A program made the translations under genes and the position numbers. From an uncultured Trueperaceae bacterium (lineage in GTDB: Bacteria; Deinococcota; Deinococci; Deinococcales; Trueperaceae), in contig CAVSGP010000004.1 in assembly GCA_963727505.1 (NCBI GenBank), positions 160,001 through 224,000 of the forward strand: a DNA stretch of 64,000 nucleotides. Reading direction: 5' to 3'. Below the pieces are notes generated by a model. The model was not told the DNA's origin, did not search any database, and saw nothing but the letters and a program-made list of their open reading frames with translations. This document shows positions 48,808 through 60,328 of this stretch, piece after piece (position 1 is the first letter of the stretch; every line of letters starts with the position of its first letter).

Positions 48808-49416
48808 TCAACTGCGGCAGGCGCGCCCCCAGTCGATGGCCCGCGAGAGCAGTCCGGCCACCGCCTCGAGCCCGGCCCGGTCCTCCTCGTCGAAGGTCGC
48901 GACCCGGTCGCTGTCCAGGTCGAGCACCGCCGTCACGGCCCCGTCGCCATCGGAGTCGCCATCGAAGATAGGCACCACGATCTCGGAGCGCGAGCGCGGA
49001 TCGCATGCGATGTGCCCGGGGAAAGCGTGGACGTCCGGGACCACCTGGCTGGCGCGTTGCGCGACGGCGGCGCCACACACGCCGGCGCCGACCGCGATAC
49101 GAACGCACGCCGGCCGGCCCTGGAACGGTCCGACGACCAGCTCACCGTCGCGAACCAGGTAGAACCCTGCCCAGTTGAGTCCTGGCAGCCACTCGTAGAT
49201 GGCCGCGGCAGCGTTGGCGAGGTTGGCGAGCCAGTCGGGCTCGCCCTCGATCAGGCCCGCCAGTCGCTCGAGCAACTCGGCGTAGAGGTCCGACTTCGAC
49301 CGGGCCGAACTCGACGGGGCCGAACTCGACGGGGCCGAATTCGAGGGGGCCGAATCCGACGGGGCCGAATCCGAGGGGGCCGACACGGCCTCTCCGTGAC
49401 TGTGGGTGTCTGCCAT
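48808..49416 (-). CDS. msrC: GAF-domain free methionine-R-sulfoxide reductase
   Basis: ANLAN, NWAGFY, GPFQGRPACVRI..G.GVCG, HIACD...SEIVVP, VLDLDS. Confidence 0.9.
   Translation of the reverse strand: MADTHSHGEAVSAPSDSAPSDSAPSNSAPSSSAPSSSARSKSDLYAELLERLAGLIEGEPDWLANLANAAAAIYEWLPGLNWAGFYLVRDGELVVGPFQGRPACVRIAVGAGVCGAAVAQRASQVVPDVHAFPGHIACDPRSRSEIVVPIFDGDSDGDGAVTAVLDLDSDRVATFDEEDRAGLEAVAGLLSRAIDWGRACRS
49297..49386. repeat. 15-bp tandem repeat x6 encoding SAPS[D/N/S] at the fRMsr N-terminus
   Basis: cgacggggccgaa(c/t)(t/c) units at 49297, 49312, 49327, 49342, 49357, 49372. Confidence 0.9.
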
Positions 49417-49614
49417 GGAGACCAGACTAGCGGTCGCGGCGGCACGTTACACCTACTCGCCCGACGCCCACGCCCCGTGTCCGGGTCGATCGCCGTTCCG
49501 CGCCCCGCCCCCCACGCCGTTGGCGTAGGCTTGAAGGGTTGAACGGCCCCCCAGGGGCTTGATCGAACGACACGACCGTGCGCGGTCTCAGGCAGGACGG
49601 GATCCGCACGGTAA

Positions 49615-51876
<2,262 letters not shown>

Positions 51877-51904
51877 CGATGGACGGCCGACGGCGGACGG
51901 CTGC

Positions 51905-51940
51905 GCGGTGGGGCGCCCTCGGGGGCGCCCCACCGCTTCG
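51905..51940 (+). terminator. Hairpin after icd
   Basis: GCGGUGGGGCGCCC-UCGG-GGGCGCCCCACCGC 14-bp stem. Confidence 0.6.
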
Positions 51941-52028
51941 TGTGCACGCGGGTGCGCCGCGCCCCGGCCGATAACGCTCGAGTAACGGCCGTTCACCTAC
52001 CCTCCTTCCCCAAGGGGAGGAGAGTCAC

Positions 52029-52541
52029 ATGAGGCGCTTCACGTTTCCTTCGGCCGGTCCCACGCGAGCCGCGATCACCGTCGCCGTGATCTGCCTGGCG
52101 TTCGCCCTGATCGCCGGCAGCCCCTCGGCCCGCGCCCAGGGACTCTTCGCGGGCTGGGAGCTGGGCGCCCTCGACGTGGTCGTGCCGACGCTGGGCGGCC
52201 AGTTCGGGGTCACCGTCGCGCCGCACGCCGTGGCCCGGCTGACGGTCGACGACTTCGCATTCGTGTTCTTCCAGATCGGGACGGACGTGCTCTACGACAG
52301 CGCCCCACCGCGCGGCGCGATCTCGTGGTACGTCGGCGGCGGACCCCAGGTCTACGCCAGTCCCTTCGGCGTCCCCGGCGCATTCGGACCGGTCGCCGCC
52401 TTCGGACTGCATCTCACCGCCGGTCTCGACGTGCCCACCGGCCCGACCACGGCGGCCTACCTCGAACTGCAACCCGCCACCGACCTGGGGTTCCACGGCA
52501 TCATCGTGGGGTTCAGGATCGGGGTCAACTACGACTTCTGA
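52029..52541 (+). CDS. Small outer-membrane beta-barrel-like protein
   Basis: Signal peptide ending ARA-Q, amphipathic strands (WYVGGG, FGLHLTAGLDV, AAYLEL), C-terminal GFRIGVNYDF beta-signal; strong RBS. Confidence 0.7.
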   Translation: MRRFTFPSAGPTRAAITVAVICLAFALIAGSPSARAQGLFAGWELGALDVVVPTLGGQFGVTVAPHAVARLTVDDFAFVFFQIGTDVLYDSAPPRGAISWYVGGGPQVYASPFGVPGAFGPVAAFGLHLTAGLDVPTGPTTAAYLELQPATDLGFHGIIVGFRIGVNYDF

Positions 52542-52689
52542 GCTCCGCCGACGGGCCGCGGCGCCGACGGCATGACCGGCCGCCGCGGGTCCGCATCGAC
52601 CGCACGAAGGACAATGCCTCATCGACCGCCTCTCGCAGCGGTACCGTGACGGAAAGGCAACCAGCGCCCGCGAGAGGAACGGTACCCGC

Positions 52690-54360
52690 ATGCCATCGAA
52701 AGCACGCACGGTCAGGGCACCCCGAGGCGTCGAACGCACCTGCAAGGGCTGGCAGCAGGAGGCCGCCCTGCGGATGCTCATGAACAACCTCGACCCCGAC
52801 GTCGCCGAGAATCCCGACGAACTCATCGTCTACGGCGGCAGCGGACGGGCGGCGCGGAGCTGGGAGGCGTTCGATGTCATCGTCGCCACCCTGAAGCGCC
52901 TCGAGAACGACGAGACCCTCCTCATCCAGTCCGGCAAGCCGGTCGGCGTGTTCCGCACCCACGACAAGGCACCCAGGGTGCTCATCGCAAACTCCCTGCT
53001 GGTCCCGGCCTGGGCCACCTGGGAGGAGTTCCGCAAGCTCGAGGCGGCAGGCCTCACCATGTTCGGGCAGATGACCGCCGGCTCCTGGATCTACATCGGC
53101 ACCCAGGGGATCCTGCAGGGCACGTTCGAGACCTTCGCCGAGGCAGCCGCCCAGCACTTCGGCGGCGACCTCGCCGGGCGCTGGATGCTGACCGCCGGCT
53201 GCGGCGGAATGGGGGGCGCGCAACCGCTGGCCGTGACCATGAACGGCGGCGTGTGCCTCATCGTCGACGTCGACCCCACGCGGCTGGAACGCCGCGTGAA
53301 GACGCGCTACCTCGACGAGGTCGCCGACGATCTCGAGGACGCCCTGACCCGCGTCGAGCGCGCCGTAGGCGCGCGGGAAGCACGATCCATCGGGCTGGTG
53401 GGCAACGCTGCGGAGGTGTTCCCGGAACTGGTACGCCGTGGCCGCGTGCCCGACCTCACGACCGACCAGACGTCGGCCCACGACGCCCTGAACGGCTACG
53501 TACCGGCGGGGTTGACGCTCGAGCAGGCGTCGGCACTCCGGGTCGCCGAACCCGAACGCTACGTCGAACGCGCCAAGGCCAGCATGGCCGAGCACGTGCG
53601 CGCCATGCTGGCGCTTCAGGAGCGAGGCTCGGTGGTCTTCGACTACGGCAACAACCTCCGCCAGCAGGCCAAGGACGCCGGCGTGCAGGACGCCTTCGCC
53701 TTCCCCGGCTTCGTGCCCGCCTTCGTCCGTCCGCTGTTCTGCGAGGGCAAGGGTCCATTCCGGTGGGCGGCGCTGTCGGGGGACCCGGCCGACATCGCGC
53801 GCATCGACACCGCCATCCTCGAGGCCTTCGCCGACGACGAACGTCTGACACGCTGGATCCGCATGGCGAGCGAACGGGTGGCGTTCCAAGGCCTGCCGGC
53901 ACGCATCTGCTGGCTCGGCTATGGCGACCGAGCCAAGCTGGGCGCCATCATGAACGACCTGGTGGCGTCGGGTGAGGTGAGCGCGCCCATCGTCATCGGC
54001 CGCGACCACCTCGACAGCGGCTCGGTGGCGTCGCCCAACCGTGAGACCGAGGCCATGCGCGACGGCAGCGACGCCATCGCCGACTGGCCGATCCTCAACG
54101 CGCTGCTCAACACCGCCGCGGGCGCGAGCTGGGTGTCGGTGCATCACGGCGGCGGCGTGGGGATCGGCTACGCCATCCACGCCGGCATGGTGGTGGTCGC
54201 CGACGGCACGCCGGAGGCTGCCGAGCGGCTCGAGCGCGTGCTGACCACCGACCCCGGCAGCGGTGTGATGCGCCACGCCGACGCGGGCTACCCGGAGGCG
54301 GTACGGACCGCCCGCGAGAAGGGCATCGACCTGCCGATGCTCGCCCCCGACACGCCGTGA
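52690..54360 (+). CDS. hutU: Urocanate hydratase
   Basis: [68 protein letters not shown]. Confidence 0.98.
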   Translation: MPSKARTVRAPRGVERTCKGWQQEAALRMLMNNLDPDVAENPDELIVYGGSGRAARSWEAFDVIVATLKRLENDETLLIQSGKPVGVFRTHDKAPRVLIANSLLVPAWATWEEFRKLEAAGLTMFGQMTAGSWIYIGTQGILQGTFETFAEAAAQHFGGDLAGRWMLTAGCGGMGGAQPLAVTMNGGVCLIVDVDPTRLERRVKTRYLDEVADDLEDALTRVERAVGAREARSIGLVGNAAEVFPELVRRGRVPDLTTDQTSAHDALNGYVPAGLTLEQASALRVAEPERYVERAKASMAEHVRAMLALQERGSVVFDYGNNLRQQAKDAGVQDAFAFPGFVPAFVRPLFCEGKGPFRWAALSGDPADIARIDTAILEAFADDERLTRWIRMASERVAFQGLPARICWLGYGDRAKLGAIMNDLVASGEVSAPIVIGRDHLDSGSVASPNRETEAMRDGSDAIADWPILNALLNTAAGASWVSVHHGGGVGIGYAIHAGMVVVADGTPEAAERLERVLTTDPGSGVMRHADAGYPEAVRTAREKGIDLPMLAPDTP

Positions 54361-55664
54361 GCGCCGGCGATCCGAGGAAAGCCACGCTATTGGTCCATCA
54401 CGCCGACGCTCTCGTCACGCTTGCCGGCCACGGCACGTCGCCGCTCACCGGCGCAGCCCTCGGTGAGCTGGGCATCATCGCCGACGGAGCGGTGGCCGCC
54501 GCGGGCGATCGCATCCTGGCCGTCGGACCCAGCGACCGCGTCGAGCGCGAGGTCTCGCTGGCCGAAGGCGCTCAGGTCATCGACGCGCGTGGCCGGACCG
54601 TCCTGCCGGGCTTCGTCGACCCCCACACCCACCTGGTGTACGCCGGCACCCGCGAGCGTGAATTCCCGCTGCGGCTGGCGGGCGCGTCCTACCTGGAGAT
54701 CCTGCAGGCGGGAGGGGGCATCCTGGGCACGGTCGGGGCCACGCGCGCCGCCGACGAAGCGACGCTGGCGCGGCTCACGCGCGAGCGTCTCGACACCGCA
54801 CTGCGCCACGGCACCACCACCCTGGAGATCAAGAGCGGCTACGGGCTCGACACCGCCACCGAGCTGAAGCAGTTGCGGGCCGCAAAGCGCGCCGGGCGCG
54901 GGCATCCCGTGCGGACCGTCGCCACCTTCATGGGCGCTCACGCCTTCCCAGCCGAATACCGCGACGACCCCGAAGGCTACGTCGATCTGGTGGTGGAGGC
55001 GATGATCCCGGCGGTGACCGAGTCCGCGCTCGCCACCTTCTGCGACGTCTTCTGCGAGGAGGGCGTGTTCAGCCCGGCTCAGTCCCGGCGCATCCTCGAG
55101 GCGGGGCGCGCTGCCGGCCTGCAGCCCAAGCTCCACGCCGACGAGCTCGCCAGCTCGGGTGGGGCGGAGTTGGCCGGCGAGCTGGACGCCGTCTCCGCCG
55201 ATCACCTGGTCTACGCCTCCGAAGCGGGGTTGGCGGCGATGGCGGCCGCGAAGGTGGTGGCCGTGCTGCTGCCCGGCACCACCTTCAGCCTGATGGGGAG
55301 CCGCTACGCGCCGGCCCGCCGCATGGTCGACGCCGGCGTGCCGGTCGCGCTGGCCACCGACGCCAACCCGGGTTCGAGCCCGACCGAGTCGATGCAGATG
55401 ATCGTCAACCTGGCGTGCCTGCAGCTCAAGCTCTCGCCCGAGGAGGCCATCGCTGCTGCCACGCTCAACGCCGCGCATGCCGTGGGCATGGCCGCCGAGG
55501 TGGGATCGCTCGAGGTGGGCAAACGCGCCGACCTGCTGGTGGTCGACGCGCCGAGCCCCGCCTATCTCGCCTACCACTACGGCACCAACCTTGCAGAACG
55601 TGTGATCGCCGGCGGGCGGGTGGCCTGGCAGCGCGACGCCCGGGACAGGGAGGACCGACCGTGA
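54357..55664 (+). CDS. hutI: Imidazolonepropionase
   Basis: [48 protein letters not shown]. Confidence 0.96.
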   Translation: MSAGDPRKATLLVHHADALVTLAGHGTSPLTGAALGELGIIADGAVAAAGDRILAVGPSDRVEREVSLAEGAQVIDARGRTVLPGFVDPHTHLVYAGTREREFPLRLAGASYLEILQAGGGILGTVGATRAADEATLARLTRERLDTALRHGTTTLEIKSGYGLDTATELKQLRAAKRAGRGHPVRTVATFMGAHAFPAEYRDDPEGYVDLVVEAMIPAVTESALATFCDVFCEEGVFSPAQSRRILEAGRAAGLQPKLHADELASSGGAELAGELDAVSADHLVYASEAGLAAMAAAKVVAVLLPGTTFSLMGSRYAPARRMVDAGVPVALATDANPGSSPTESMQMIVNLACLQLKLSPEEAIAAATLNAAHAVGMAAEVGSLEVGKRADLLVVDAPSPAYLAYHYGTNLAERVIAGGRVAWQRDARDREDRP

Positions 55665-56593
55665 GCGAACGCTACCCCGCCGATCTGGCGCCCACCGGCG
55701 TCGCCACCTTCTTCAAGGCGCCGCTGGTGGAGAGCTTCGAGGCGTGCAAGGGCAAGGTCGCGGTGCTCGGCGTGCCGCACGACCTGGGGGTGGGTTATCG
55801 CCCGGGCGCCCGTTTCGGGCCGCGCGCCGTGCGCGAGGCCTCCACCCGGCTGGGTCCGCTGCCTGCCGAGGGCGTCTTCGACGTCGAGCGCGACCGCCTG
55901 GTGCTGACCGGCACCTCCGTCGTGGACGCCGGCGACGTCGACGTGCTGCGCAGCCAGCCGGGCGCCACATTGGAGGCGGTCGAGGCCAGCGTGATGGCGC
56001 TGCTGCGAGCCGGCGCCTTCCCCGTGCTGATCGGCGGCGACCACTCCGTCACCGGCCCCGCCGTACGGGCACTGGCTGCCCAGGGGCCGCTTGGCGTGCT
56101 CCAGATCGACGCCCACCTCGACGTGACCGACGAGGTGATGGGCAGCCGCGACACCAGCAGCAGCCCGATGCGGCGCGCGTCCGAGGCGCCTCACGTCGAG
56201 CGCATCGTGCAGGTCGGCATCCGCGGCCCGCGGACCTCCCCGGCGGGCTACCGCGACGCCGAGGAACGGGGCAACCTGGTCCTCACGCGCGAGGCCATGC
56301 GCTCACAGGAGGGCTGGGACGCGCTACTGGACGCCGTGGCGGCCTTCGAACGGTGTTACGTCACGCTCGACATGGACGCCTTCGATCCCGCCTTCGCACC
56401 CGGCGTGTCCTCGCCGGAGCCCGGCGGCTTCGATTACCCCGAGGTCCGGAGGCTGCTGCGCGAGGTCGCCGCGCGAACCGCAATCGTCGGCTTCGACGTG
56501 ATGGAGACGAACCCCCTCGTGGACGGCAGCGGCGCGACTGCCTATCTCGCCGCCGTGGCGGCGCTGGAGCTGCTGGGCGCGATCTTCCCGTAA
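55661..56593 (+). CDS. Arginase-family ureohydrolase, probable formimidoylglutamase (HutG role)
   Basis: GARFGP, GGDHS, DAHLD, DMDAFDP..APGV, ETNP; GTGA-coupled to hutI. Confidence 0.8.
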   Translation: MSERYPADLAPTGVATFFKAPLVESFEACKGKVAVLGVPHDLGVGYRPGARFGPRAVREASTRLGPLPAEGVFDVERDRLVLTGTSVVDAGDVDVLRSQPGATLEAVEASVMALLRAGAFPVLIGGDHSVTGPAVRALAAQGPLGVLQIDAHLDVTDEVMGSRDTSSSPMRRASEAPHVERIVQVGIRGPRTSPAGYRDAEERGNLVLTREAMRSQEGWDALLDAVAAFERCYVTLDMDAFDPAFAPGVSSPEPGGFDYPEVRRLLREVAARTAIVGFDVMETNPLVDGSGATAYLAAVAALELLGAIFP

Positions 56594-56752
56594 GCCCGGC
56601 ACAGGCGCCGGGCCCCGCTCGGGCGTGGCCCCGACCGAGAGACGGCGCCCGCCCCGGCCCGCCGGCCACGCGCGGCGCCGCCGTCCGTCGAGCCTGCCAA
56701 CGGAGAGATTTCTAATCGTCCCGATCTCGCCATCCCGTAGAATGCTTCCGAC

Positions 56753-59700
56753 GTGAAAGACCGATGGGGGCTGAGCGTTCTGGGCCCTGCCGTGTTGCAG
56801 CGCCCGGGACGAGCGACGGAAACGCTAGAGAGGAAGGCCGCGGCGCTGCTGGCCTACGTGGCCATCGCCGGATCGACGCCGCGCGCCACGGTGGCAGGTC
56901 TGCTGTGGCCCAACGTGGTCGATGCGCGCGCCCGTAACAACCTCCGGCAGCTCCTGCACCGGCTCCGTACCTTCGAGGACCTACTCCAGCCGGGCGGCGA
57001 CCTGCGGCTCGGCGCCGTCACCGCGGACGTCACGGAATTGCAGGAGCTGCACGCTGCCGGCCACGCCGAAGCCATCGCCGAGCGCTGGGGCCTGCATGCG
57101 CCGATGCTGCTCGAGGACCACAGCTACGACGACTGCCCCGACCTGGCCGAATGGGTGATCGCCGAGCGCGAGCGCCTGCTCGACATCGTGCGTAGCAGCC
57201 TCGAGACGGAGGCCGACCGGCTCGAGGCTGCCGGCGACGTCCGGCGGGCGCTCCAGCTGGCGCAGCGGCTCTCCGCCCTCGATCCCCTGTCGGAAGTGGA
57301 CTACCGAAGGGTCATGCGACTCCACTATCTCTCCGGTGACCGGGGCCAGGCCATGGCCGCCTTCCGCCGCTGCCGCCAGATGCTGCGCGAGACGTTCGGG
57401 CTCGAGCCCCTCCCCGACACCGTGGAGCTTGCGAGAGCCATCGACAGCGGCTCGTCGGCCGCGCCACGTCCCCGCCCGACGGTAGCACTGCCGGTCACGC
57501 TCCTCCGGCCGCCGCGATTGCTGGGACGCGAGGCGGCGTGGCAGGCCCTCGAGGACGCCTGGCGGCGGGTGCACACCATCGTCGTGCTGGGCGAGCCGGG
57601 CATCGGGAAATCTCATCTGATGCACGACTTCGCCGCGACCCGGGGCGAAGCCCTGGTCACGCGCGGCATGCCCGGCGACCGTAACGTCGCCTACGCCAGC
57701 AAGGCGCGTTCGCTGGCAGCGATCCTGCGCGACCATCCGGATTACGCCGACGAGCCCTGGGTGCGCGACGAACTGGCACGCATCCTCCCCGACCTCTTCC
57801 CACGACCCGCCGGACAGGCGCCGATCACCGACGAGCCCCAGAAGCTCCGCCTGTTCGAGGCCGCCGCACGGGTCCTCGCCAGGGCCCTGGAGGGCAAGGC
57901 CGTGCTCGTGAACGAGGACGCTCACCAGTGGGACGACGCCAGCTTCGAGATGGGCGCGTACTTCGTCACGCGCTTCGCCGACGCGCCGGTCCGGGCCCTG
58001 GTCTCGTACCGCCCGGACGAGATGGGCCGAGCGAGGGTCCGCACCATGCGTGCCGCCGCCGAGAGCGGGCTGGCCGAGATCGTGACGCTCGAGCCGCTCG
58101 GGTTGGACGCCATCGAGGGCCTCATCGCCGAGACCGGCATGGCGGACGCGGCACCTCCCGCCTCCCTGGTCCTCCAGGTTTCGAGCGGGAATCCCTTCTA
58201 CGCCCTCGAGTTCCTGCGCAACGCCTGGCAGAAGGCCTCGGGCGACACTCCCGTTGGAGGCGACGCCCTTCCCAGCAGCGCGGCCGGTGTCCTCTCCGGT
58301 CGGATCGAGCGCCTGTCGCGCGCAGCAGCCGACGTGCTCCGGATGCGGGCGATGGCCGGCACAGCCTTCTCGATGGAGCTCGCAGCCGCCGTCCTGGAGG
58401 TGCCTTCCGGCTCGGTGCGGGCCGGGGTGGACGAGCTCGAGCGCCACCGGCTGCTGCACGAGGGCGAGCTGGCGCACGAGCTCGTGGCCGACGCCATCGA
58501 GGGCCGGACACCCCCCGAGGCCGCCCGGCTGTGGCACCGGCGGCTCGCCGTCCAACTCGAGGCCTTCGACGAAGCTCCCACCGCCATCGCCACGCACTAC
58601 CTGGCCGCGTGGGAGCCGACGCGCGCGTTCCCCCACCTGCTGCGCGCGGGGGACGGCGCCCGCGCGGTGTTCGCGCTCGAGGAGGCCGAGCGCTGGTACC
58701 TGCGCGCTCTCTGGACGGCCCCGAACGAGGCCGGGCGCGGCGACGCGCTCGTTCACCTGGACGACGTCGCGTCGCAGCGAGGACGCATCGAGGACGCCGA
58801 GGCGCTCCTGGGGGAGCTCGAGCGCGTCGCATCGACCCTGCAGGACCCCGTCCTTCTGATCGAGAGCGCGCTGCGGTGGGCGCGCTGGGCCACGGTGCGC
58901 GGCGAGCACTCGCTCGCTGCACGCAAGGCCCGCCAGGCGCTCGACGATGCCCTCGATCTCGGCGACGCCGAGCGCATCGACCGCGCCCGGCTGGCGCTCG
59001 GCGACATCGCCTACTTCTCCGGTGCCTACCCGGAGGGGCACGACCACTTCCTCGAGGTGACGCGCACGGGGCACGAGGCGCGGCGTCTACGCGCCTTCCA
59101 GCGCCTCGGCGCGCTGGAGGCCATGCGCGGCGACGTCGACGCGGCCTTCGAGCATCACCGCGAGGCCCTCACCCTTGCGCGCCGCCTGCACGACGTGCCA
59201 CTGATCGCGACCCTGCTCAACAGCCTGGGTGCCGACCGCGAGCGGCGGGGTGCCTACGAGCAGGCCATCGAACACTTCTCCGAGGCCGCCGAGGTCGCCC
59301 TGCGCGCAGCGGACCGCCGCACCGGCGCCATCGCCCTGTCCAACGCGTCGCTGACCGAGGTAAGCCGCGGCGCCCTGGCCGCCGCGCTCGGGCACGCCGA
59401 GCGCGCGCTGGAGGTCTCCGCCCCTCTCGGAGCCGACCGCTCCGCGGCGATGGCCAATTTCGCGCACGGTTACGCGCTGCGGCGTGTGGGCCGCTTCGGC
59501 CCCGCGCGCGCGGCGCTGCGCGAGGCGGCCCGGCTCCGCGAGGCGGCATCCGACGTACGCGGCGCCCTGGTAGCAAGGTTCAACCTGGCTGCCATCGACC
59601 TCGAGACCGCCAAGGGCGGCGACCGCGCCGCCGCGACGGCCCGGGTCGAGGCCGTGCTGGAGGAGCTGGCACAACTCAACATCCCGCAGTTCTACGCCTG

Positions 59701-60082
59701 GTGCCTCCTCGAGCAGGCGCTCCTGACAAGCGATCCGGGCCTGGTCCGTGAGCGCGTCGCGCAGGCCACCGAGCTGGATGACGGCGCCCACCTGCAACTC
59801 GCCGCCGCCGTGGCCGCCCTTCGCGGCGGCGTGCTGGCGGGCGCCAACGGCGCGGCCACCGCCATGAGGCGGTCCGTCCAAGAACGCCTCGAGGCCGGCC
59901 CCGTACTGGAGACCAGCTTCGCCTACCTGTTGCTGGCGCACACGGCCCCGTCAGCGGACGAGAGACGCGTGCTGCTCGAGCACGCCAACGCCCGTCTCGA
60001 TCAGGAGGTCGGCGTCCTCGGCAGAGCAGCGAAGAGGAGCCGCCGGGAGTACCTCGCGCGGCGGCTGCCGAGCGCCGACTGA
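56753..60082 (+). CDS. SARP/BTAD - STAND ATPase - TPR transcriptional regulator
   Basis: AALLAYVA...R...AGLLWP...ARNNLRQLLHRL, BTAD (DPLSE...VMRL), Walker A GEPGIGKS, Walker B-like VNEDAH, GNPFYA, helical repeats. Confidence 0.9.
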   Translation: MKDRWGLSVLGPAVLQRPGRATETLERKAAALLAYVAIAGSTPRATVAGLLWPNVVDARARNNLRQLLHRLRTFEDLLQPGGDLRLGAVTADVTELQELHAAGHAEAIAERWGLHAPMLLEDHSYDDCPDLAEWVIAERERLLDIVRSSLETEADRLEAAGDVRRALQLAQRLSALDPLSEVDYRRVMRLHYLSGDRGQAMAAFRRCRQMLRETFGLEPLPDTVELARAIDSGSSAAPRPRPTVALPVTLLRPPRLLGREAAWQALEDAWRRVHTIVVLGEPGIGKSHLMHDFAATRGEALVTRGMPGDRNVAYASKARSLAAILRDHPDYADEPWVRDELARILPDLFPRPAGQAPITDEPQKLRLFEAAARVLARALEGKAVLVNEDAHQWDDASFEMGAYFVTRFADAPVRALVSYRPDEMGRARVRTMRAAAESGLAEIVTLEPLGLDAIEGLIAETGMADAAPPASLVLQVSSGNPFYALEFLRNAWQKASGDTPVGGDALPSSAAGVLSGRIERLSRAAADVLRMRAMAGTAFSMELAAAVLEVPSGSVRAGVDELERHRLLHEGELAHELVADAIEGRTPPEAARLWHRRLAVQLEAFDEAPTAIATHYLAAWEPTRAFPHLLRAGDGARAVFALEEAERWYLRALWTAPNEAGRGDALVHLDDVASQRGRIEDAEALLGELERVASTLQDPVLLIESALRWARWATVRGEHSLAARKARQALDDALDLGDAERIDRARLALGDIAYFSGAYPEGHDHFLEVTRTGHEARRLRAFQRLGALEAMRGDVDAAFEHHREALTLARRLHDVPLIATLLNSLGADRERRGAYEQAIEHFSEAAEVALRAADRRTGAIALSNASLTEVSRGALAAALGHAERALEVSAPLGADRSAAMANFAHGYALRRVGRFGPARAALREAARLREAASDVRGALVARFNLAAIDLETAKGGDRAAATARVEAVLEELAQLNIPQFYAWCLLEQALLTSDPGLVRERVAQATELDDGAHLQLAAAVAALRGGVLAGANGAATAMRRSVQERLEAGPVLETSFAYLLLAHTAPSADERRVLLEHANARLDQEVGVLGRAAKRSRREYLARRLPSAD

Positions 60083-60328
60083 CCGACCGGGCCCTCTCGA
60101 CCCGCGTTCATCCTCCCTTGACCTCCGGGGGCGCGCGCAGCACCCTCCGGCTGCGGGTCGATGATCGGGCACGAGCCCCCTCCCCGTCGGGGCTTCCACG
60201 CCGTTCCGGGTACGCGTCGACTCCGCCGGCGAGGCCGCAGACCGTCCGCGCCGTCCCCCCGCGGTTCATGGTGCTCTTTCCTGGAACCTGCCTGCTTCGG
60301 GCATGCTGCAGGCGGAGGTGGTCTCGCG

